DNA from: an uncultured Phycisphaeraceae bacterium
GTDB taxonomy: Bacteria > Planctomycetota > B15-G4 > JADJEK01
NCBI GenBank assembly: GCA_964649825.1
Contig: CAZYQW010000147.1
Location: forward strand, 15,217 to 79,216
Direction: 5' to 3'
Length of the DNA: 64,000 nt
A program made the position numbers and the translations under genes. Under the pieces are notes generated by a model. It searched no databases. It worked only from the letters and a program-made list of their open reading frames with translations, and was not told where the DNA came from. Of the stretch, positions 48,280 through 55,635 are shown one piece after another (position 1 is the first letter of the stretch; each line of letters opens with the position of its first letter).

Positions 48280-51200
48280 GTGACCCTCTTCATCAGCCAC
48301 GCACCGGAAGACGACGCGGCGGCACGGCGCGTCGAGGAGCAGCTCGGGGCCGCCGGCTTCGTGACGATCCGCCTCGACTCCGACGGCAGCGACGGTCGTC
48401 CGGCCGTCGGGGACTGGGAGCGAGCGCTCGACCACGCGCTTGCTCGATCCGTGGCGGTCGTCGCGCTCGTGAGCCGGCATTGGGGCCAGTCGCGATGGTG
48501 CCTCGCGGAATGGACGTTGGCGCGCGCGCTCGGCAAGCCGGTGCTCGCGGTGATGGTCGACGGCGACGGGGTTCCGCCCGAGGTCGGAGCCAACGAGGCG
48601 GCTCTGATCGTCGACGTCGCCGGCGGCGAGATCGCCGATCGGATCGTCGCCGGACTCGCGGCGGCCGGCGTCGCGCGCGGCGGTCCGACCCCGCACCGGC
48701 CGCCGTGCCCCGGCCTCTCCCCGTTCGACGAGGCGGATGAGTTCTACTTCGTCGGCCGCGACCACGAGGTGCAGGACGTGCTGGCCGCCGTGCGCCGGAT
48801 GCGGACGTTCGGCCGGCCGCGCGTCCTGTTGCTCGTCGGTCCGTCGGGCAGCGGGACGTCGTCCCTGCTGCGAGCTGGCGTCGTACCGAAGCTCCGGCGG
48901 GCGAGGGACGTGGCGCGCGTCGTGGGGCCGTTTCGCCCGCTCCGCGCGGACGCCGCCACGGTTCGTGCGCAGGTCGGCGAGCCGCGGAGCGCGCCGGCGC
49001 CGACGTTCCTGATCCTCGACCAGCTCGAGGAGGTGCTGCATCCGGGCGCCGACCCGAGCTGGACCGAGCTTCTCGGCGAGCTCGCTCGCGCCGAGTCGAT
49101 CCACGTGATCGGGGCCGTCCGCTCCGAGGAGCTCGTCGCGATCTCCGGTCTCGACGCATGGGACGGAATCGCCGTCGAGACGATGCCGATCGCGATGCTC
49201 CGCCCCGACGCGCTCGCGCCGCTCCTGCTGCACTGGGCGAGCCGCGCCGGCGTGATGCTCGAGGACGGCCTCGTCACCCGCATCGTCACCGATGCTCGCG
49301 GCACGTGTGGGCTGGCGGCAGTGGGGTTCACGTTGCGCGAGCTCCACGAGCTCCACGAGCCCCACGAACTTGACGAACTCCACCCCGAGGACGCGACGTC
49401 CCGTCGGCTGACCGTCGACGCCTACGAGCGGACGGGTGGAGTCGGCGGAGCGATCGAGCGCGCGGCGGAATCCGCATTGGCCGGCCTCGATGACGAGACC
49501 GAGGCGGAGCTCCGCGCGGGGCTTCTCCGGCTCGCGTGGTTCGACGAGGCGGACCGGATCCACCGGAGCGTGGCCCGGCTCGAAGAGTTCCCCACCGCCG
49601 CGCGGGCGTTCGTCGAGCGGCTCATCGCGGCGCGCGTGCTCGTGCGCGGGGGTGACGGCGTGGAGGTGGCGCACGAAGCGGTCTTCGTCGCGTGGCCGCG
49701 GCTCGAGGCCTGGATCCGCGAGATGCGGTCCGCGCGCGCGTGGGCTCGCGACCTGCGCCGCGCGCGGGAGCGGTGGGAGGGGGTCGATCGATCGCGAGGC
49801 CCCCGGCTGAGCGACGCCGCGGTGGCGCGCGCCCGCGAGCACCTCGCGCGGGGAGATCCGCCGCCGGCCACCGAACGAGAGTTCCTCGATCGGTGCCTGT
49901 CCGACGCCGACCGCCGTGCGTCGCGCCGCCGGTTCCTCGCGATCGGCGCGGCCGTGGTCGTCGTCACCGCGATCCTCGTCTCGGTGCGGACGTTCGGCCT
50001 CTACCGCGACGCGGTGCGGGACGCTGGATCCGCGCATGCGAGGATCGCGCTCATACGGGCGCGTGCCGCCGAGGATCCCCTCGAAGCCGTGCGCCTCGTC
50101 CTGGACGGCCTGGAGGAGTGTCCCGACGACGATGGGATCACGGCCGCCGAGCTTCACGCGGAGCTGGATCGGCGGGCGGGGCTCGGCCTGGTGGTCCAGT
50201 TCGACCTGGCGGCCGAGGCGCACGCGATCCGCGGCGACGAACGGCTCCTGGTCGGCGACGTCCTGGTGGACGCAACCGACGGGAGCGCGGTCGTCACTCT
50301 CCCATCGCCGCCCAGCACGGTCGAGTCGGTCGACGTCGACGGAGCGCCGACGGTGCGACTCGCCTTCGACGACGGGCGGGTCGAGCTGCGCGATGCCCGC
50401 ACCGGCGAGCTTCGGCAGCAGCTTGCCGGCGTCGCTCGGCGCGTCTCTCGACTCGACCCGGCGATGGCGAACCTCGAGCTGGAACCACTCGGGGGCATGG
50501 TCGAGCAGGAACGCTCCGAGGCAGTGATCGGTCCACGCGAGACCTGGCTTCTCGTCCGTTACCGGGCGTCGGATCCGCGGCCCGGCTCGACCGACCCGGT
50601 CGAGTTTGGCCAGGTGTACCGGGTTTCGGATGGCAGTTCGCTCGAGTGCGGAAGCTCGGTCGCGTCGCTCGGCTTCATGGGCCGGCACCTGGGCCTGGTG
50701 CTCGACGATGGCCGGGTGGACCTTCGCGACCTCGACAGCGGAGAACCGATCTTCGAGCGACCAGCGGCCGCGTTGCTCGAGGCGGCCGGAGGCGGAGTCG
50801 CGCAGCTCGCGCTCGATGACGAACGGTGCGAGCTGCGAAACCTCGCGACCGGCGCGCGGCTGACGATCGACGACCGCTTCGTTCGGATCCTCGCGAGCCC
50901 GGACGGACGGCACCTCGCTGTCGCGTCGCGGGGGTCGCCCGGCTTTCTCGTCGAGTCCTCCCGATTCTCGGGTCGGCGCGAGCTCCTGTTCCACGCTTCG
51001 GAGCGTTCTCCGCTCGAGACCGCGCAGTTCTCCGACGACGGCACGATCCTCGTCGGCCACTCGCGGGGGCACGGTTTCCACGCCTGGCGCACGACGGACG
51101 GGCATCCCTACGGGCCGCTCGACCAGGACGGCGTCAGCGACGTGGGTGCGTTCTCGCCGGGCCGTCCGCGGTGGCTCGCGGTCGTCGCGTCGGGTCGCGT

Positions 51201-51600
51201 CGTCGTCTTCGACGTCACCGGATCCAAGGCGATGAAGGTCCGCGAGTTCAGCGACTCATCGACGCGGCTGAGGTTCGCCGCGGACGGGCGGCTGCTCGTC
51301 ACGCGTTGGGATCGACGCGTGGCCTGCTTCGATCCCGCGAACGACTGGGCGCGGGTCGAGGTCGGTCCGGTCGGCGGGGACGTGATCCTGCCCCCCGGCG
51401 CGCCCTACCTCTGGTACGAGGAGCCGGAGTCGCGACGCTGGTCGATCGTCGATCTCGCGTGGCGGGCCGACTCGGAGCCGCTCGACGGGTCGGCCGGCCG
51501 CCGGGCCGAGCGCATCAGCGCGGCCCGGCGCGGGCTCGAGCGGTTCCCGTTCGCGAATCCTGCCCCCTGTCTCAAGCCGGCGGTCTCATCGCCACCATGA
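48280..51600 (+). CDS. TIR + nSTAND1 NTPase + TM + degenerate beta-propeller protein
   Basis: TIR: LFISHA..D...SRWCLAEW. nSTAND1: PCPGLSPF...FVGRD, GPSGSGTSSLLRAG, LILDQLEE, VEVAHEAVFVAWPRL..W. TM FLAIGAAVVVVTAILVSV, then WD-like repeats (FSDDGTILV, FSPGRPRWLAV, FAADGRLLV). Confidence 0.85.
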   Translation: MTLFISHAPEDDAAARRVEEQLGAAGFVTIRLDSDGSDGRPAVGDWERALDHALARSVAVVALVSRHWGQSRWCLAEWTLARALGKPVLAVMVDGDGVPPEVGANEAALIVDVAGGEIADRIVAGLAAAGVARGGPTPHRPPCPGLSPFDEADEFYFVGRDHEVQDVLAAVRRMRTFGRPRVLLLVGPSGSGTSSLLRAGVVPKLRRARDVARVVGPFRPLRADAATVRAQVGEPRSAPAPTFLILDQLEEVLHPGADPSWTELLGELARAESIHVIGAVRSEELVAISGLDAWDGIAVETMPIAMLRPDALAPLLLHWASRAGVMLEDGLVTRIVTDARGTCGLAAVGFTLRELHELHEPHELDELHPEDATSRRLTVDAYERTGGVGGAIERAAESALAGLDDETEAELRAGLLRLAWFDEADRIHRSVARLEEFPTAARAFVERLIAARVLVRGGDGVEVAHEAVFVAWPRLEAWIREMRSARAWARDLRRARERWEGVDRSRGPRLSDAAVARAREHLARGDPPPATEREFLDRCLSDADRRASRRRFLAIGAAVVVVTAILVSVRTFGLYRDAVRDAGSAHARIALIRARAAEDPLEAVRLVLDGLEECPDDDGITAAELHAELDRRAGLGLVVQFDLAAEAHAIRGDERLLVGDVLVDATDGSAVVTLPSPPSTVESVDVDGAPTVRLAFDDGRVELRDARTGELRQQLAGVARRVSRLDPAMANLELEPLGGMVEQERSEAVIGPRETWLLVRYRASDPRPGSTDPVEFGQVYRVSDGSSLECGSSVASLGFMGRHLGLVLDDGRVDLRDLDSGEPIFERPAAALLEAAGGGVAQLALDDERCELRNLATGARLTIDDRFVRILASPDGRHLAVASRGSPGFLVESSRFSGRRELLFHASERSPLETAQFSDDGTILVGHSRGHGFHAWRTTDGHPYGPLDQDGVSDVGAFSPGRPRWLAVVASGRVVVFDVTGSKAMKVREFSDSSTRLRFAADGRLLVTRWDRRVACFDPANDWARVEVGPVGGDVILPPGAPYLWYEEPESRRWSIVDLAWRADSEPLDGSAGRRAERISAARRGLERFPFANPAPCLKPAVSSPP

Positions 51601-52330
51601 CGAGCGAGTGACCGAACGGCGCCGACACGTAGCGCAGCACCTTCCCCTCGCCGCCGAAGATCGCGGCCAGGAGCCCGTTCAAAAGCGGGCTCGGTGAGCT
51701 CGAGAGGTTCGTCCGCGTGTCGCCTTCCTTCGGGAAGAGCCGTTCCTTCGTCTTGAGCGCGAGCACCGCGGGGAGGATCAGCGGGAAGAGCACGACGTTC
51801 ACGTAGGTCGCCTTCCGCACCACGAGGCCCGCCGTCCGAGCCTTCGCGACGAGGTCGCCGCGGGTGTAGCGCCGCTTGTGGTGCGCGACCTTGTCGTTGT
51901 TCGAGTAGAGGAACTGGTACGCCGGCACCGAGAAGAAGGCGGTGCCCCCCGGCTTCAGGACCCGCGTCACCTCGCGAAGCACGCCGCGGTCGTCGTCGAC
52001 GTGCTCGAGGCAGTCGAACAACGTGACCAGATCCTGGCTCGCGTCCCGCAACGGCAGCCCGACGTCGCCGCCGACGAAGCTCCGCGCGAACCCGCGCTCG
52101 TGGCAGATCTCGATCGATCGCCGATCGGCGTCGACGCCCACGGCGTCGCCGTAGCGCAGCTTCAGCTCGGGCAGCATTCCGCCGACTCCGCAGCCGACGT
52201 CGGCGACCGCCAGCCCGGGGCGCGGCGGCAGGAAGCGCTCGAGGATCGTGAAGTAGCTCCGGCGACGGCCGATGAACCACCAGTGGTCGCGCTCGAGCTC
52301 GAGGAATTGGTCGTAGGCGACGCCCTCCAC
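51572..52330 (-). CDS. Class I SAM-dependent methyltransferase
   Basis: HWWFIGRR, VADVGCGVGG, DCLEHVDDD, LKPGG and HKRRYT. Confidence 0.9.
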   Translation of the reverse strand: MEGVAYDQFLELERDHWWFIGRRRSYFTILERFLPPRPGLAVADVGCGVGGMLPELKLRYGDAVGVDADRRSIEICHERGFARSFVGGDVGLPLRDASQDLVTLFDCLEHVDDDRGVLREVTRVLKPGGTAFFSVPAYQFLYSNNDKVAHHKRRYTRGDLVAKARTAGLVVRKATYVNVVLFPLILPAVLALKTKERLFPKEGDTRTNLSSSPSPLLNGLLAAIFGGEGKVLRYVSAPFGHSLVMVAMRPPA

Positions 52331-52340
52331 GGCCCCTCGG

Positions 52341-53252
52341 TCACCGCTTCTCGCGGGCGACGATCAGCATCTCGTCGAAGAGGTTGACGTAGAGCGACGC
52401 GTTGCCGATCAGCTTCAGCGGCGCCGCGAGGGTCGAGAGGATCGGGTGGATCTTGCCGATCCGCTCGACGAGGAAGTTGAAGGAGACCTTCTTGCCGCCG
52501 CGCCGCGGCGTGTTCTCCTCGACGACGAAGCCGGCGCGGTCGAGCAGGGTCCGCACCGTGTCGGGCGCGAAGTGGTACAGGTGCTCGGCCATCTTGTAGT
52601 GCTGCCAGCGCGGGCCCATCACGCGGGCGAAGCGCGACTCGACGTTCTGCGTCTCGATGACGAGGAGCCCGTCGTCCTTCAGGAGCTGTCTCGCGCGCGC
52701 GAGGTGCGGGATCGGGTCCTCGAGGTGCTCGATGACGTCCCAGAACGTGATCGCGTCGAAGCTCCGCTCGGCGAACGGGGCGTCGAGGATCGAGCCGGAG
52801 ACGACCGAGTCGAGGTCGAACATCTGCTTCGAGCGCGCCGCCATGTACTCGGAGAGCTCGATCCCGTGGCACTCCCAGCCGATCTCCTTCATCGTCGACA
52901 GGAAGAAGCCCGCCGCCGATCCGACGTCGAGGACGCGTCCCCCGGCCGGCTTGCGCGACGTGATCACCTCGCGCCGCATGCGGTACGTCGCGACGTAGAG
53001 CTCTTCGTCTTTCAGGTAGTCGGTGTAGCCGAACTCCTTCGCCTCGTCGGAGTTCCAGTACGCGGTCTGATACATCGCCTGCAGCTCGGCCTCGGTGAGC
53101 CGTGGAGTGACGTAGACGAGGCGGCAGCCGTTGCAACGCACGACCCGATACGGATCCTGCGTGAACATCACGGCGGCGTCGTCCCTGCCGCAGAGGTAGC
53201 AGCCGACCTCTCGCGTCGGTCGCGCGCTCAGGACGTCGGCGGAGCTCTTCAT
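52341..53252 (-). CDS. Class I SAM-dependent methyltransferase with an N-terminal Zn-binding CxxC pair
   Basis: CYLCG...VRCNGCRLVYVTPR; VLDVGSAAGFFL; FDAITFWDVIEHL. Confidence 0.9.
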   Translation of the reverse strand: MKSSADVLSARPTREVGCYLCGRDDAAVMFTQDPYRVVRCNGCRLVYVTPRLTEAELQAMYQTAYWNSDEAKEFGYTDYLKDEELYVATYRMRREVITSRKPAGGRVLDVGSAAGFFLSTMKEIGWECHGIELSEYMAARSKQMFDLDSVVSGSILDAPFAERSFDAITFWDVIEHLEDPIPHLARARQLLKDDGLLVIETQNVESRFARVMGPRWQHYKMAEHLYHFAPDTVRTLLDRAGFVVEENTPRRGGKKVSFNFLVERIGKIHPILSTLAAPLKLIGNASLYVNLFDEMLIVAREKR

Positions 53253-54667
53253 CAGTCGACGTGCGCCTCCTCGCCGAGGAGTTCATCGTGCCTCACCGCG
53301 CTCCGCTTCAGGAGCTTGTCGGCGAGCACGAGGCCCATCGCGATCGAATGGTCCATGTTCCCGTACTGGAAGAGCCCCTGGCGTCCGGTGGTCTCGAAGT
53401 TCTCGAACCGGCCCATCCACTCGCGGCAGCGCCTCACGTGCTGCTTGTAGGTCAGGTCGTACAGCGGGTAGCTGTACCGCTCGCGGTGGATGAACGCATC
53501 GAGCACCTCGTGCCGTTTGATCAGGCCGATCGTCTCGAGGTCGGAGGACGCCTGCTCCAGGAGCTCCTCCTTGCTCATGTTCCACACGTGGTCGTCGTAG
53601 TTGCACGTGATCTCGGCCGACACGAGCGTCCGGCCCGGCGGCGCGCACTCCTCGGAGAAGTTCTTGAACTCGGAGATGCGGTGGACCTTCAGGTGCTGCT
53701 CGGGCAGGTAGATCCAGTGGTCGTCGGTGACCTTGTCGCGGTCGAGGGAGAGCATGACGAAGACGATGGCCTTGTAGCGCAGCGAGCGCCGCGACTCGAG
53801 CACCTCCTGGGGCGGCGCGGGATCGAACAGGTCGATCATCGACGTGATCGGGATCGTGCTCACGAGGAACTCGACCGGCTCGACGTGCGTCTCGCCGTCC
53901 TTGAGGTACTCGATGGCAGTGACGCGGTCTCCCTCCCACCGGATGCGCTGGATGTCCACGTCCGTCTCGATCGAGCTGCCAACCCCATTCCCGCCTTCCA
54001 GGATGAGGTCGCCGTAGCGCCGCGAGAGGTAGCCGATGCCGCCCTGTCGCGGATAGATGAACTCCGACACGAGCGTCCGCGGCGCGTTCTTGGGGCGGAA
54101 CAATGTCTTCTTCACCGTGTCCATCAGGTTCAGCAGCGTGATCCGCTGGGACGCCCAGTCCGCCGAGATCTGGGTGCAGGGGATGCCCCATGCCTTCTCG
54201 GTATAGGTGCCGAAGAAGAGGCGATAGAGGGTCTTCCCGAACCGCTTCAGGATCCAGTTCTGGAAGCAGTCGTCGGGAATCGGATGGAAACGATCGCGCA
54301 CGCGGACGGCAATGTAGTCGCTGAACGATCGCACCAGCAGCCAGACCGGGAGGTTCTTCAGGATGTTGGCGGTGTTCAACGGATAGTTGAAGAACCGCCC
54401 CAACATGAAGATGCGCGAGAGGCGGTGCCGCCAGTGGGCGTTGTCGCCGATCAGCTCTTCGACCTGCGCCTGCACGCGTTGGTTGCGCGTGTGGAACCGA
54501 TGAGGTCCGAGGTCGAAGGTGTAGCCGTCGATCTCGAACGAAGCCGCGAGCCCCCCGATGTACGGCTCCTTCTCGAGGAGGCGCACCGTCTTGCCCTCTT
54601 TCGACAGGTTGTATCCGGCCGACAGGCCCGCCAGTCCGGCGCCCAGAATCGTGTACTTTTCGACCAT
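53252..54667 (-). CDS. FAD-dependent oxidoreductase (protoporphyrinogen-oxidase/UDP-galactopyranose-mutase-like family)
   Basis: ILGAGLAGL, LEKEPYIGGL, FDLGPHRF, YTEKAWG, YPLYD and GRQGLFQYGNMDHS. Confidence 0.8.
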   Translation of the reverse strand: MVEKYTILGAGLAGLSAGYNLSKEGKTVRLLEKEPYIGGLAASFEIDGYTFDLGPHRFHTRNQRVQAQVEELIGDNAHWRHRLSRIFMLGRFFNYPLNTANILKNLPVWLLVRSFSDYIAVRVRDRFHPIPDDCFQNWILKRFGKTLYRLFFGTYTEKAWGIPCTQISADWASQRITLLNLMDTVKKTLFRPKNAPRTLVSEFIYPRQGGIGYLSRRYGDLILEGGNGVGSSIETDVDIQRIRWEGDRVTAIEYLKDGETHVEPVEFLVSTIPITSMIDLFDPAPPQEVLESRRSLRYKAIVFVMLSLDRDKVTDDHWIYLPEQHLKVHRISEFKNFSEECAPPGRTLVSAEITCNYDDHVWNMSKEELLEQASSDLETIGLIKRHEVLDAFIHRERYSYPLYDLTYKQHVRRCREWMGRFENFETTGRQGLFQYGNMDHSIAMGLVLADKLLKRSAVRHDELLGEEAHVD

Positions 54668-54873
54668 TTGAAGTTGGGTGGAGACTCTCTGAGGCGAGGG
54701 AGTGGATCCAAGGGTGATGAGGGTGATTCCTTAGCAGAGTCGCCGGAACGAAGCAACGAAGGCGGAGCGGCTCCGATCGAACGCGTGCATCTCTCCTCCT
54801 GCCGCGGCCTGCCGTTCACGCGACCCGCCAAGTCTACCCCACGACGCGGCATGTCCTCTTCCGCGTGCCCCGC

Positions 54874-55596
54874 TCATCGCCCGTATTTTCCTCGCGCCGC
54901 CCGCGCCCGGATCGCGACGAGCTCGCCGAACGATCGTGCCGTGTCCCGGACCAGCCGTACCTTCGAGTTCGGCCGGTGCTCCCACGTGACCGGGATCTCG
55001 CGGACGTGGAACCCGAGGAACCGCGCGAGGAACAGGATCTCGGCGTCGAACGACCAGCCGTCGACGACGGAACGCGTGAAGATCGCCTGCGACGCCTCGC
55101 GCCGGAACGCCTTGAAACCGCACGTGTAGTCGGAGAAGGAGAGGCCGAGCACCCGATTCACGACCTTCGTGTAGCCGAGGCCCATCACGGTTCGGACCTG
55201 GCTCTGCGGAGTCCTGATCTCTGCTTCATCATGCTTGCGCGTTCCGATCACGATGTCGACGCCGGAGTCGTCGAAGACGGGCAGGAAACGGTCCATCTCG
55301 GCGAGGGGCGTGGCGAGGTCCGCGTCGAGGAAGAACACCGGGTCTCCGGCCGCCTCGAGCATGCCGCGCCGCACGGCGGCGCCCTTGCCGAGATTGATGC
55401 CGTTCTCGCGGATCTGGAGAGGGAGGTCGGCCCCGAGCTCCTGCAGGATCGCGACGCTGCGGTCGCGGCTGCCGTCGTCGACGGCGACGATCTCGTAGTC
55501 GTCCCCGAACCGCTCGCTGAGGAAGCGGGCGAGCTCGGTGACCGATGCACGCAGCACCGGTTCTTCGTTGAACACGGGGACGACGACGCTGATCAT
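54874..55596 (-). CDS. GT2, dolichyl/polyprenyl-phosphate glycosyltransferase-like
   Basis: MISVVVPVFNEE, VDDGSRD, NLGKGAAVRRG, FLDADLAT, DYTCGFKAF and WSFDAE. Start ATG 55596; the long upstream part of the ORF is antisense to YfhO. Confidence 0.9.
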   Translation of the reverse strand: MISVVVPVFNEEPVLRASVTELARFLSERFGDDYEIVAVDDGSRDRSVAILQELGADLPLQIRENGINLGKGAAVRRGMLEAAGDPVFFLDADLATPLAEMDRFLPVFDDSGVDIVIGTRKHDEAEIRTPQSQVRTVMGLGYTKVVNRVLGLSFSDYTCGFKAFRREASQAIFTRSVVDGWSFDAEILFLARFLGFHVREIPVTWEHRPNSKVRLVRDTARSFGELVAIRARAARGKYGR

Positions 55597-55635
55597 GGGC
55601 GCGGGACGCGGTGGGGCTCTTCCTAAAGGGCGCCG

